Shown in pieces: positions 1 to 9,002 of a stretch of DNA of 19,314 nucleotides. This DNA is from a virus (lineage: Duplodnaviria > Heunggongvirae > Uroviricota > Caudoviricetes). The notes under the pieces are model-generated. The model was not told the origin of the DNA and did no database searches. It saw only the letters and a program-made list of their open reading frames with translations. The number at the start of each line of letters is the position of its first letter. Position 1 is the stretch's first letter. The stretch is from the IMG/VR virus record IMGVR_UViG_2563366958_000002; one strand, given 5' to 3'. A program made the position numbers and the translations under genes.

Positions 1-1534
1 TGATTTCACGGTCGAGCGTCAGCGTCCGGGTCTGGCTGTTCACCGCCAGCACGCGACCACCGGTGCTGATACCGGCATAGTCATCATCACAGATTTCAAT
101 GACATCGCCCGGCACATGGCGAAGCCCTTCTGCGCCGACGCTGAAATCCACGGTCTGCGTTTCCAGCAGTTCTGTTTTAATCAGCCACAGCCCGGCGCGG
201 TGTGCCTGCCCCCGACTGGTACAGCCAAAGGCATCCATCTTCGTGACGTTACGACCGTAACGGGCAATGGCCTGCGTGTCCTCCACAAGCTCTGTCGCCG
301 TCTCCCAGCCGTTATCCGGGTCAATCCAGTTCACCTCAACGGCATTATGGCGGTCCTTCAGGGCGCTGAAGCTGTAGCGGAACGGCGCGCCATCATCCGG
401 CATCACCACATTACTGCGGTTATAGGTCCACACCTTATCCGACGGTCGGTCCTGCACGAACGTCAGCGTCTGCCCGTTCCATACCGGCATACAGCGCATC
501 GCCGAGCAGAAATCACTGAGAACATCCCACGCCTTACGCTGTGTGGTCAGGTAGGCATTACAGGAAATGCGCGGCTCCGTGCCACCAAAACCGTCCGGCA
601 CCGACTGGTCGCAATTCTGGCCGATGACATACAGCGCCCATTTGTCCACATCCGCCGCACCAAGACGTTTACCCATGCCGTAGCGCGGGTGGGTCAGCAT
701 ATCCCACAGACACCAGGCCATGTTGTTGCTGTATGCTGGCTTAAACGTTCCGTCCCAGATACCGCTGTATTGCCGCGTCTGCGGGTTATAGTTCGACGGC
801 ACCTGCAGAATGCGCCCGCGAAGATGATAATTACGGCTCACCTGCTGGCTGCCGAACTGTTCCGAGTCCACCTGCACGCCGACCAGTGCCGTGTTCGGGT
901 AGCACTGTTTCACATCGATGATTTCGGTGTATGACGACCAGAGCGTTTTGTTCTGCAGCTGGTCTGTGGTGCTGTCTGGTGTCATCCTGCGCATCCGGAT
1001 ATTAAACGGGCGCGGCGGCAGGTTATCCACCACCACCGAGGCCAGATACTGCGACGTGGTTTTGCCCTTAATGGTGATGTCTTTTTCCGTCACCCAGCCA
1101 CCGTTACGCTGTATCTGAACCAGCAGACGGACTTCCGACGGATTCCTGTCACCCTTTGAGGTGGTTTCCACCAGTGCCTGTACACCGAAGGTAAAGCGCA
1201 GACGGTCGATGTTTGCCGACGTAATGGTGCGGGTGATCGGCGTGTCATATTTCACTTCCGTACCCAGCACCGTCTCGGAACCGGAGGATTCAAATCCCTC
1301 CGGCGGTGACTGCTCCTGCTCGCCTGCCCGGAACACCACCGTGACGCCGGAGATATTGGTATTCCCCTCACTGTCCAGCACCGGCGTACTGTTCAGCAGC
1401 ACGCTTTTTAATCCATCCACCGGACCTTCAATCGGCCCTTCGCTGATGGCATCAATCACACTCAGCAGTTGCGTGGACTTCAGGTTGTCCTTCGCTTCGC
1501 GCGGGGTATGCCCCTTACTGCTTCCTTTGCCCAT
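1..1534 (-). CDS. J: Tail tip / host-specificity protein J, N-terminal part only (about 510 codons); the 3' end, including the receptor-binding C-terminus, lies beyond the window start
   Basis: ATG at 1534..1532 preceded by GGAG; my translation begins MGKGSSKGHTPREAKDNLKSTQLLSVIDAISEGPIEGPVDGL..., recognised as the lambda gpJ N-terminus. The frame reads through to position 1 with no stop in my hand translation. The long plus-strand ORF 116..934 is its antisense shadow. Last gene of the lambda tail order V-G-T-H-M-L-K-I-J. Confidence 0.88.
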   Translation of the reverse strand, partial: MGKGSSKGHTPREAKDNLKSTQLLSVIDAISEGPIEGPVDGLKSVLLNSTPVLDSEGNTNISGVTVVFRAGEQEQSPPEGFESSGSETVLGTEVKYDTPITRTITSANIDRLRFTFGVQALVETTSKGDRNPSEVRLLVQIQRNGGWVTEKDITIKGKTTSQYLASVVVDNLPPRPFNIRMRRMTPDSTTDQLQNKTLWSSYTEIIDVKQCYPNTALVGVQVDSEQFGSQQVSRNYHLRGRILQVPSNYNPQTRQYSGIWDGTFKPAYSNNMAWCLWDMLTHPRYGMGKRLGAADVDKWALYVIGQNCDQSVPDGFGGTEPRISCNAYLTTQRKAWDVLSDFCSAMRCMPVWNGQTLTFVQDRPSDKVWTYNRSNVVMPDDGAPFRYSFSALKDRHNAVEVNWIDPDNGWETATELVEDTQAIARYGRNVTKMDAFGCTSRGQAHRAGLWLIKTELLETQTVDFSVGAEGLRHVPGDVIEICDDDYAGISTGGRVLAVNSQTRTLTLDREI

Positions 1535-1556
1535 TCGTCATGCTCCATAAACGACA

Positions 1557-1576
1557 AAACCGCCCGGAGGCGGTTT
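1557..1576 (-). terminator. Terminator-like GC hairpin with U-rich tail between I and J (transcribed strand)
   Basis: Plus strand AAACCGCC-CGGA-GGCGGTTT. On the minus strand the stem is followed by UUUUGUCGUUUAU, then GGAG and the J start. Function inferred from shape only. Confidence 0.4.
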
Positions 1577-1594
1577 CACATGAAATATTTTGCA

Positions 1595-2242
1595 TCAGCG
1601 GCCAATCACCACAACCTGACCACCGTCCCCTTCATCTGCCGTGCTGATCTCCTGAGAAACCACACGAGACCCCACGCGCATTTCACCGTACAGAACAGGC
1701 AGAACATTGCCCTGGGCAACCATGTTATCCAGTGATGAGAAATAGGTGTTCTGCTTACCGTTATCCGTGCTGGTCGCTGTGGGCGTCCGGGCTTTCGGTG
1801 CCAGCATCTGGGCCACACCACCCAGGATCATACTGGCCCCTGCCGCATACATGCCCGATACAGCCGCGGCACCCAGCCAGCCCACAGGGTTCCACCATGC
1901 CACCGCAATCAGCGCCGCCCCCAGCACCACCTGAAACACACCGCCACTTTTAGCTCCCGCCAGACGCGGCACGATGTGGATCACGGCACCATTTGCCAGC
2001 GGCTCATTAAGACGGGCAGATAATTCGGTTTCACCTGCATCACGCCCGGCAATGCGCACCTGATACCAGCCGTCATTCAGTTTCTGACGAAACGCCGGGA
2101 GCTGTGTGGACAACGCCCGGATGGCTTCAGCCCCCGTTTTTACACGAAGGTCGATGCGGCGGCCAAATCGTTGTAAATCCCCGTAAAGGCAGATGCGTGC
2201 CATGCCCGGTGACGCCAGAGGGAGTGTGTGCGTCGCTGCCAT
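1595..2242 (-). CDS. I: Tail tip assembly protein I
   Basis: 215-aa ORF MAATHTLPLASPGMARICLYGDLQRFGRRIDLRVKTGAEAIRAL... ending ...NVLPVLYGEMRVGSRVVSQEISTADEGDGGQVVVIGR; recognised as near-identical to lambda gpI. Lies between K and J as in lambda. Confidence 0.9.
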   Translation of the reverse strand: MAATHTLPLASPGMARICLYGDLQRFGRRIDLRVKTGAEAIRALSTQLPAFRQKLNDGWYQVRIAGRDAGETELSARLNEPLANGAVIHIVPRLAGAKSGGVFQVVLGAALIAVAWWNPVGWLGAAAVSGMYAAGASMILGGVAQMLAPKARTPTATSTDNGKQNTYFSSLDNMVAQGNVLPVLYGEMRVGSRVVSQEISTADEGDGGQVVVIGR

Positions 2243-2883
2243 TTGTCGGTATACCTCTCTCGTTTGCTCAGTTGTTCAGGAATATGGTGCAACAGCTCAC
2301 CGTCGCCGCAGTAAATGGCGGCATGATTCGGCACCGATGAACCAAAACAGCACAGCAGCACATCGCCCGGCTGCGCCGCTGACAACGGCACCTGATACAG
2401 CCCTGTGGCCTCCAGATTATCCAGATAGAGATTCTGGCCGTTACACCACCAGTCATCCTCACGATGAAAGTCCGGCATCTCAATCCCCGCCAGATGATAA
2501 GCATCCCGGAACAGCGTGTAACAGTCCGTCGCCCCGTGCTCAAAGCGCCGCCCGGTAAGATGCGGCACACAGCGGAATTTATGAATCTCACCCCGGCAGA
2601 CCAGCCACCAAGGCAAATCGCTCTGCACCTGCAGCCGCCTGTCAGCCTCACTCAGCCAGGGCAGGCCACCGGGGTGGCTGTGGACCAGCGCCACAATCTC
2701 ACCCTGCATCTCTGCCCGCAGCCAGTCCTCCGGCGACATCCGGAAATACGCCTCCGGCTCACCGGAGATATTCACGCAGGGAAAATATCTTTCCCCTTCC
2801 GGCGTTCTCACCACGAAGCCGCACGACTCCGCTGGCGCACATCGCCGGGCGTGCGCCAGAATCGCTGATTCTGTCTGTGTCAT
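2140..2883 (-). CDS. K: Tail tip assembly protein K
   Basis: The track ORF 2140..2925 contains MTQTESAILAHARRCAPAESCGFVV...HSHPGG..., recognised as lambda gpK. The likely start is the ATG at 2883, four nt after the L stop. The 3' end overlaps the start of I by 103 nt in another frame. Confidence 0.82.
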   Translation of the reverse strand: MTQTESAILAHARRCAPAESCGFVVRTPEGERYFPCVNISGEPEAYFRMSPEDWLRAEMQGEIVALVHSHPGGLPWLSEADRRLQVQSDLPWWLVCRGEIHKFRCVPHLTGRRFEHGATDCYTLFRDAYHLAGIEMPDFHREDDWWCNGQNLYLDNLEATGLYQVPLSAAQPGDVLLCCFGSSVPNHAAIYCGDGELLHHIPEQLSKRERYTDKWQRRTHSLWRHRAWHASAFTGIYNDLAAASTFV

Positions 2884-2887
2884 GGGA

Positions 2888-3586
2888 TTACTGCGAAAGT
2901 TTGTTAATGGAAAGGAAGCCGCCAAAGTTGCCGACGTTATTGCGAAACTTACAGCCGCTCAGGCATTTGCTGCATTTATCCTTCGTGATATCGGACGTCG
3001 GCTGGTCATATTCATCCGCAACCGCCGGACCGTGATAACCGCACTCATCACCGCGATAGGTCCAGGTGCAGGTGTTGGCCAGCATGGTACGTCCCGGAAA
3101 AACAGCACCATCCGTTTCCGTCGGCGTGGACAGTACAAAAGAGGCACTCACCGCGCTCAGTTCGCTGCACTGCTCGATGCGCCAGCGGCTGATCACCTCC
3201 TGCTCTGGATCGGCTTCGCTGTTTCCGTTGACGAAGTTCACCACATCCAGAAAACGGGCGTAAACCTTACGCCTGACCACCGTTCCGCCGACCAGACTCT
3301 GCAGGTCTTCCGCCATCCCGGTGACCATGCCGTGCAGATTAGAGACTTTCAGCGTTGGCCTTGCACTGGCTCCTTTGCCGTTCATCTCAAATCCACTTCC
3401 CTGAATGGGATAGGCCTGATACTGCCGCCCCTGCCAGGTGACTGGTTCACCTTTTTCGTTCTGCTCATTACAGAAGAAATAACGATCTCCGCCGACCTCT
3501 GTCAGATCAATTTCCCAGAGCACGACCAGCGCGGATTGCTCCGTTTTAGTGCACTCATTGAGTGTTTCCTGCTGTATATCCTGCAT
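2888..3586 (-). CDS. L: Tail tip protein L
   Basis: 232-aa ORF MQDIQQETLNECTKTEQSALVVLWEIDLTEVGGDRYFFCNEQNEKGEPVTWQGRQYQAYPIQGSGFEMNG..., recognised as lambda gpL. Its ATG overlaps the stop of M (ATGA). Confidence 0.9.
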   Translation of the reverse strand: MQDIQQETLNECTKTEQSALVVLWEIDLTEVGGDRYFFCNEQNEKGEPVTWQGRQYQAYPIQGSGFEMNGKGASARPTLKVSNLHGMVTGMAEDLQSLVGGTVVRRKVYARFLDVVNFVNGNSEADPEQEVISRWRIEQCSELSAVSASFVLSTPTETDGAVFPGRTMLANTCTWTYRGDECGYHGPAVADEYDQPTSDITKDKCSKCLSGCKFRNNVGNFGGFLSINKLSQ

Positions 3587-3927
3587 CAGTGAGTGACCTC
3601 TTCAAAGGTACAGTTAAAATCGGTATACATGGCATTATCCGAAATGCTCCACTCCCTGCAGACAACCCGGACAGTCCTGTTGTGTTTTGGCGGACGCCAC
3701 AAAAAAGCACGAACCCCGGCATGACGGGATAAAAAACTGTCCAGCGCGGCACGGGAATATTCATCCGTGACACGAAATACCGGTTTAAACGTTTTCAGAT
3801 CTGCATTCAGACCACCAGCCCGTCGCTGTTCATATCCGTCACCGAACTTTACCGTAATAACAGATGGCTTTCGTGTCGTCTCCATCCCCTCGCGGGGGAT
3901 CCAGTTAAAAACTTCAGACTCAGGCAC
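3586..3927 (-). CDS. M: Minor tail protein M
   Basis: Frame of track ORF 3586..3972 (listed with a TTG start). Contains KFGDGYEQRRAGGLNADLKTFKPVF...FLWRPP, resembling lambda gpM (RFGDGYSQR...). Chosen start is the GTG at 3927 with GGAGG 8 nt upstream, overlapping the last codons of H. The ATG at 3885 is an alternative start. Confidence 0.7.
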   Translation of the reverse strand: MPESEVFNWIPREGMETTRKPSVITVKFGDGYEQRRAGGLNADLKTFKPVFRVTDEYSRAALDSFLSRHAGVRAFLWRPPKHNRTVRVVCREWSISDNAMYTDFNCTFEEVTH

Positions 3928-6900
3928 TGCATAATCCTCCGTCCCGACGTGATGACTGCATAATTGACACAACCCTGCTGTCGATCAGATCCACCAGTCC
4001 CCTGGCTGAGCGCGCATCTATCTCGCCATTGCTCCCTTGATTCTGAATGCTGATGTGATACACGGGAGAATAAACAAATCCACCGCCACCATTCACATTT
4101 CCAATGGCCCTGACCCCAAGAGAGCCGTCCGCTGCCCGTGTCAGTGGCATGATTGCTTCAGGCCCGGCCTCGCCCATCAGCCCGGCACCTTTCGCAAAAG
4201 CAAAATACGTCGGGGTATCCACAATGGTGTTACTGTAAGCACTCAGATTTGCCGATGTATAAACACCACCTTTTGCGTTTGCCACTGCACCGGAAAGCCA
4301 GTCGCCGACTGTACCAAGCCATCCTCCGGCACCGGACATGCTTTTGGAAAGTGACTTCAGCCCGTTAACGATGGCAGCGTTCATCAGAATTTTTGAAACT
4401 TCCTGGAGAATTGAACTCCCCCAGTTTCTCCAGTCCACAACATTTCCGGCCAGTGCATCGGAAATATTTGATACCAGCCCGTCCATAGTGGAAACGACAG
4501 CATCTGCCGCCTGCGAAGCATAATCGGTGGCACTGTCTGCCCAGTTCGTCAGTCCCTCCTGGAGTCCGGCATTCCAGTTACTGCGTAAAGCATCAGCCTT
4601 TGCATAATAATCCTGCTGATCGCTGAGACGCTCTTCCAGATATTTTTCATTCAGAGATTTTTCCTGTTTCCACAGGGCTTCTTCAATTTCTCCGGCCTGA
4701 TACTGTCTCAGTAGCTCGTTATTTTTCTGCTCAAACTCCTGCCGGATGCTCCACATTTCCTGAAGTCGTTCACGCATCCGTGAGCCTTCACCATATCCCA
4801 GTAACTGAGCCTCATTTGATGCTCTGACACTGGCATTACTGTCCGCCAGACTGCTCTCATACGCAGCAAGCTGCTCACGAATCTTTTTCTGGTCGATGAG
4901 TGCTGCATTCTGCAAAAGCGTTTTTTTCTGCGCTTCTGACAGGGTTGATAATTCGCCCTGGCTGACCTGATATTTCATCTTAGCCAGTTCAGTATTCTGC
5001 CCTGCCAGTGCTACTTGCTCTTTTTGCTGTTTAATCAGTTGCTTATAAGTATCTTCTATTTTTTCCGCTTCGGTCTTTTTATGCGCTTTGGGTTTATTTG
5101 CCTGGTTATTTCGCCATGCATCCAGTGAGTTATTTATATAATTCAGTCTTGCTGTCTGATACGCCTCTCCCACAAAGCCGAGATCATCCGCAGCATAACC
5201 CAGGCGGGCACGCTCACGAGCTTCCCCCTTCAGGCGGGACAGAGCCAGTTCGCGCTCGCTGTTATTCAGTGCGGTCTGCTGTTTATCATCCAGGGTTGCC
5301 TGTGGTAGCCGTAACGGTACATTCACCAGCCCCTGTCGCTGCTGAAGTAATTCATTACCGAGCCCGAGAAGGCGATTAAACTCGGTATGCTGCCCATTCA
5401 TGATCAACAGGGACTGATACGCTTTGTTTTGTTCCGCTGCCTGTTGACGGATCAACGCCACCCGTCGCTCCTCCAGCCCGGCAAGCACATCCTGAATGGA
5501 TTGCGCTTTGCCCTGCATTTGAGTGAGGCGAGACTGTTCAACTGCCAGTTGATTTGTTGCTTCTGCAAGCCCTTCTGTGACAGTTTTTACCGACGTCATG
5601 TGGTTAATCATAAAACCGTTATCGGTTGTCCAGCCCGGGTTTGCCAGCACATACTGATAGCCAGCAATTTTTTCCTGTAAGGATTTAATCTTACTTTTCT
5701 GCTCGTCAATTAACCTGTTTTGCTCCTTCAGTGCCTGTCGCGTCTTTTCCTCATTATCTGACGCTTCAGGAAGCGACATTGCCGACGTTTTCTGGCGAAT
5801 TTCGTCGATTGTTGCGGCATACTGGCGTGCAGATTCTCTGGCCTGCTCCTGATTCTGATACATCGTGTACCAGGCCGCAGCCCCCAGCATGACGAGTCCC
5901 GGCACACCACCAACCAGCCCCAGCGCGCCACTTAATAAACGACTCCCCACTGACGTAACATTATTCAGCGTTGTCTGTGCCGCTGTTCTGGCCGCAATAT
6001 TACGGGTAAGTGACACCTGGGCAGCTGTCAGCTTCGCTTCTGCTGCGGCCTGCCTTTCGGTACCGCGAGCAGCAACAACCGCCTGTTGCGCACGATAAAC
6101 CGCCGCACGCGCCCTGGCGGTTGCTATCTGTGTCCCCCGAAGTTGCACTTCAGCAAGAGCCACTTCGTTTCTGGCTGCAGTAATTAATCCGGCAGTTGCA
6201 GATCCAGCAGACGACGCCATATTGCCAAAATATCGGGCTACCCCGACGGCAACCAGAGCACCAGCAGCGGTTGCCACGGTGTCAATATTGCCTGCAATAC
6301 CATTCAGCACACCGGAGAGCGTCTTCGTCACTCCGCTTGCCTCGTTCGCACCACCAACCCAGGCCATAAAGGCGTTTTCAACTTTGGTTGCAGAGGATGA
6401 AACCGTATCAGGCATTGCTGCATATTCATCACGCAACGCCCCAAGCTGACTAATCAGTGCAGGAACAACCTTATCGGCGGTCAGTTTTCCGTTATCCGCC
6501 ATGGCCTTCAGATCCTTACGGGCAACCCCCATTCCCGCAGCCAGCGCACGAATAACACGATCGCCGTTCTCATTCACCGAGTTAAACTCTTCACCGCGCA
6601 GCACTCCCTGCGCCAGTGCCTGACTGAACTGCGTGATCACCGAACTGGCTTCTGCTGTACTGGCACCGGATAATTTCAGGCCCGTGGAGATCGCCTCGGT
6701 GACTTTCAGTACCTCCTCAGAACTGTAACCATACTCCCGCATGGAAGCTGCAGAACGGGCAAAAAGGCTGGCGTTATCAGAAAACGCCGTCCCCGTTCTC
6801 TGGCTGATCGCCATTAATTCACGCTGTGATGACTGAAAATCATCACTGGACTGTGAGGCCTGCTTCAGACGGGCATTTACTGAATTCCACTCATCGGCGA

Positions 6901-7165
6901 GAGAAATAAGATGACCGGTAGCAAAAGCCCCGGCAAATGCCCCCGCCATGTTCAGTGCCGAAGATTTAGCTGTATTTATCTGATCCGTCACTTCTGCCAG
7001 TGCACGCCGCATTTCACGGGATGCAGCAGCGGACTGTCGGCCTCCGTTCTGCATGGTACGGTAGTAATCCTGCCCCATACGCGAAGCCCGGGAGATCTCT
7101 GACTGGAATGACCGGGAATTTGCCGAGATTTTAATAATCAGTTCACGTAATGTCGCCACACTCAT
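3920..7165 (-). CDS. H: Tail length tape measure protein
   Basis: 1081-aa ORF with long Ala/Gln-rich coiled-coil content and a C-terminal Gly-rich region, in the canonical position between GT and M. ATG at 7165 preceded by CCGGAGA. Confidence 0.92.
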   Translation of the reverse strand: MSVATLRELIIKISANSRSFQSEISRASRMGQDYYRTMQNGGRQSAAASREMRRALAEVTDQINTAKSSALNMAGAFAGAFATGHLISLADEWNSVNARLKQASQSSDDFQSSQRELMAISQRTGTAFSDNASLFARSAASMREYGYSSEEVLKVTEAISTGLKLSGASTAEASSVITQFSQALAQGVLRGEEFNSVNENGDRVIRALAAGMGVARKDLKAMADNGKLTADKVVPALISQLGALRDEYAAMPDTVSSSATKVENAFMAWVGGANEASGVTKTLSGVLNGIAGNIDTVATAAGALVAVGVARYFGNMASSAGSATAGLITAARNEVALAEVQLRGTQIATARARAAVYRAQQAVVAARGTERQAAAEAKLTAAQVSLTRNIAARTAAQTTLNNVTSVGSRLLSGALGLVGGVPGLVMLGAAAWYTMYQNQEQARESARQYAATIDEIRQKTSAMSLPEASDNEEKTRQALKEQNRLIDEQKSKIKSLQEKIAGYQYVLANPGWTTDNGFMINHMTSVKTVTEGLAEATNQLAVEQSRLTQMQGKAQSIQDVLAGLEERRVALIRQQAAEQNKAYQSLLIMNGQHTEFNRLLGLGNELLQQRQGLVNVPLRLPQATLDDKQQTALNNSERELALSRLKGEARERARLGYAADDLGFVGEAYQTARLNYINNSLDAWRNNQANKPKAHKKTEAEKIEDTYKQLIKQQKEQVALAGQNTELAKMKYQVSQGELSTLSEAQKKTLLQNAALIDQKKIREQLAAYESSLADSNASVRASNEAQLLGYGEGSRMRERLQEMWSIRQEFEQKNNELLRQYQAGEIEEALWKQEKSLNEKYLEERLSDQQDYYAKADALRSNWNAGLQEGLTNWADSATDYASQAADAVVSTMDGLVSNISDALAGNVVDWRNWGSSILQEVSKILMNAAIVNGLKSLSKSMSGAGGWLGTVGDWLSGAVANAKGGVYTSANLSAYSNTIVDTPTYFAFAKGAGLMGEAGPEAIMPLTRAADGSLGVRAIGNVNGGGGFVYSPVYHISIQNQGSNGEIDARSARGLVDLIDSRVVSIMQSSRRDGGLCSA

Positions 7166-7175
7166 TCTCCGGACG

Positions 7176-7197
7176 AAAAAAAACCGCCGAAGCGGTT
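7176..7197 (-). terminator. Terminator-like hairpin with U8 tract between T and H
   Basis: Minus strand AACCGC-UUCG-GCGGUU followed by UUUUUUUU, then the SD and ATG of H. Plus strand shows aaaaaaaaccgccgaagcggtt. Confidence 0.45.
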
Positions 7198-7205
7198 ATG
7201 TTGAC

Positions 7206-7517
7206 TCACTGAGACACTATTAAAAGCGCGTTTTCCAGTCCAGCAAATGGATCTGATACGCCTTCTGTCTGCTCCTTCTCCCACTGAAGAAGCGCATCAT
7301 TCAGTGGCACTTTGACCCCCTGCGCACCGTAAACAGCTGAAACAATCTGGGCAGCCCGGATATCAGCCCGTTCGTCCCCCAGCGGGCTGAACCTGTCAAA
7401 TTCTGCCCACATCATGATTTCTGATGCGGACATTTCCCGGCGTAACTCTGACAATGTGCGCCCCATCCTGAGCGCCAGCATCATCAGAAAACGCATCCCC
7501 GGAAGCGCTACTTTTTT
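7206..7517 (-). CDS. T: T segment of tail assembly chaperone GT; expressed only as a G-T fusion after a -1 frameshift
   Basis: Track ORF 7206..7496 (MRFLMMLALRMGRTLSELRREMSASEIMMWAEFDRF...) is in the -1 frame relative to G. That frame is closed by TAA at 7520..7518 and opens exactly at the slippery site, reading K-K-V-A-L-P-G-M-R-F... Has no convincing SD of its own. Confidence 0.75.
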   Translation of the reverse strand, partial: KKVALPGMRFLMMLALRMGRTLSELRREMSASEIMMWAEFDRFSPLGDERADIRAAQIVSAVYGAQGVKVPLNDALLQWEKEQTEGVSDPFAGLENALLIVSQ

Positions 7518-7879
7518 TTAACCTCGCCGGCATCACTGATTAGTTCCAGAGACTGCCGAAGAAGCCGCGCATGCACCGGGCCATACACGGCAATCACCTG
7601 TTCACGATCATCCTCTGAAAATACAGGTTGCAGTCCGGTATCACACAGAACATCGATGAACAGTTCAACATCCGCTTCCAGATTTCGGCGGGCGCGCTCC
7701 GCAACGGATAACGGTGTCTCATCATCTTTTGCTTTAACGATCTCCTGCCAGCGCAACCAGGCTTCTGCAGAAGGTTCCCGTAATACAACCGTTGCCCCTT
7801 CCCATTCAGGCACATCAACAGTTTTATGGCGAAACCCCGACATCGTTGCCAGTGCCAGATTACGGATATTTTTAGTCAT
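7508..7879 (-). CDS. G: Tail assembly chaperone G
   Basis: Track ORF 7508..7894. Preferred start is the ATG at 7879 (MTKNIRNLALATMSGFRHKTVDVPEWEGATVVLREP...) with GAGGA upstream. Acidic small protein between the major tail and tape measure genes, ending EVKKK at the slippery run. Confidence 0.8.
   Translation of the reverse strand: MTKNIRNLALATMSGFRHKTVDVPEWEGATVVLREPSAEAWLRWQEIVKAKDDETPLSVAERARRNLEADVELFIDVLCDTGLQPVFSEDDREQVIAVYGPVHARLLRQSLELISDAGEVKKK
7511..7517 (-). promoter_or_regulatory. Programmed -1 ribosomal frameshift site (slippery heptamer A AAA AAG) at the end of G
   Basis: mRNA reads GAG GUU AAA AAA AAG UAG. The heptamer A_AAA_AAG is immediately followed by the G stop codon, and the -1 frame continues into T. 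Confidence 0.75.
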
Positions 7880-7893
7880 CACATCTATCCTCA

Positions 7894-8598
7894 TTAACTG
7901 ACGGTAACAGTGCAGGAAGTAGAGGTCACTTTGTTAACCGGGCTTGCTGAATCAGAAATCTCGCAGGTATATGCACCCGCATCACCGGATACTGCCGATG
8001 CCTTACTGAACGTTGCCGCCGTCTGTCCGGAAACAGGAGAACCACCTTTCTTCCAGACATAAGAATAAGGCGGCACACCACCCGCAGCCTCAACCGCCAT
8101 TTCAAGTTTCGCTCCGGAAGCAACCCGCAGCGTGCTTTTTAAATCGACCTTCACTTTCAGCGGCTCTGTCGTCAGCACAGGTTTACCTTTCAGGCGCAGA
8201 GAAAACGTTGCAGCCACAACACCATTGGTTCCTGCAGACCAGGTATGCTGACGCACCTCTGCCATAAAGGTAAATCCGTTGCCTGACGGAAAAATAACTT
8301 TAAAGCCATACGTGGTGTCATTGTCATAGGCACTGCGCAACGCGTTCTGGGCAGCATTGAGGTAAAAGTTGCCTGACATGGAAATCTCTGAAGCAGCCCC
8401 AAGGCCGTTAATATTTTCCTGCTCAACAGAACACAGCGTGGTGACATCAATATCCTGCTTTTGTCCTGCAGTAAACTGCACCTCTTTGATTGTACAGCTT
8501 AGGCCAAGATAGCTGGCAGAATCCAGGGTTTCTGCTGTTACCGGTGCAGACGAAATCATAATTTTCGTCAGTTGCGAACGCTCAAAATTAGAGGACAT
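7894..8598 (-). CDS. V: Major tail protein with C-terminal Ig-like domain
   Basis: Track ORF 7894..8649. Likely start is the ATG at 8598 (MSSNFERSQLTKIMISSAPVTAETLD...) with AGGAGA 5 nt upstream. C-terminus ...GGVPPYSYVWKKGGSPVSGQTAATFSKASAVSGDAGAYTCEI... resembles the Ig-like domain of lambda gpV. Confidence 0.88.
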   Translation of the reverse strand: MSSNFERSQLTKIMISSAPVTAETLDSASYLGLSCTIKEVQFTAGQKQDIDVTTLCSVEQENINGLGAASEISMSGNFYLNAAQNALRSAYDNDTTYGFKVIFPSGNGFTFMAEVRQHTWSAGTNGVVAATFSLRLKGKPVLTTEPLKVKVDLKSTLRVASGAKLEMAVEAAGGVPPYSYVWKKGGSPVSGQTAATFSKASAVSGDAGAYTCEISDSASPVNKVTSTSCTVTVS

Positions 8599-8610
8599 AC
8601 TCGTCTCCTG

Positions 8611-8636
8611 AAAATAAAAAACCCGCCAGCGGCGGG
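8611..8636 (-). terminator. Terminator-like hairpin with U-tract immediately upstream of the major tail gene SD
   Basis: Minus strand CCCGCC-GCU-GGCGGG followed by UUUUUUAUUUU, then CAGGAGA and the ATG of V. Confidence 0.45.
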
Positions 8637-8657
8637 TGGGTAAAATCATTAACGACC

Positions 8658-9002
8658 TCAGGCTATTACCTGAAATTCAAGCGTGGCTCTGCTCAGACGG
8701 GAGTCAGGATCATACCCCTGCGTTTTAGAAATAACGGAGGGTGCCAGTTTCCTTACTGCATCAAGCGCCTGCTCACGAATATCATCTGCGTCATCAGGTA
8801 CTGTCGCCCAGACATCGATCTGCACGGTAATTCTTGATTCAGCCTGACCATCAAGCACATCAGACGCCGTGTCAGACACCACAGAAAACACCAGCCACGG
8901 CGGAGATACCGCAGGCTTTCCCTCCGTCAGTGGGACCACATAAGGATAAACCTGTCCTCCGGCCAGTTGAGACAGCAGGGAATACAGTGTGGCCTCTCTC
9001 AT
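8658..9002 (-). CDS. Tail terminator / tail completion protein (gpU-like position)
   Basis: 114-aa ORF MREATLYSLLSQLAGGQVYPYVVPLTEGKPAVSPPWLVFSVVSD..., coupled to the upstream gene by ATGA overlap. Assigned by position directly upstream of the major tail gene and by size; family not verified. Confidence 0.6.
   Translation of the reverse strand: MREATLYSLLSQLAGGQVYPYVVPLTEGKPAVSPPWLVFSVVSDTASDVLDGQAESRITVQIDVWATVPDDADDIREQALDAVRKLAPSVISKTQGYDPDSRLSRATLEFQVIA

Noticed and set aside
116-934. Long plus-strand ORF (272 aa), followed by further plus-strand ORFs at 918..1118, 1161..1550 and 1469..1735
   Set aside because: Arg/His-rich, low-complexity translations lying antisense to the well-supported J gene; typical shadow ORFs of G+C-rich coding DNA, with no SD or promoter context.
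3928-3972. TTG-initiated extension of the M gene ORF (3586..3972)
   Set aside because: It would overlap the tape-measure gene by about 50 nt. An in-frame GTG at 3927 with a GGAGG SD gives an N-terminus matching lambda gpM better.
2104-7102. Numerous plus-strand ORFs of 60-236 aa across the tail genes (for example 2882..3592, 2464..2868, 5098..5379, 5387..5680, 6222..6449)
   Set aside because: Each is fully antisense to a strongly supported minus-strand tail gene (K, L, M, H) and has a biased, repetitive composition; 2882..3592 is the mirror image of L.
7511-7519. A-run at the end of G considered as a sequencing or assembly homopolymer error
   Set aside because: The frame organisation (stop in the -1 frame immediately before the run, open T frame immediately after, no SD for T) is exactly what a programmed frameshift site requires, so taken as genuine.
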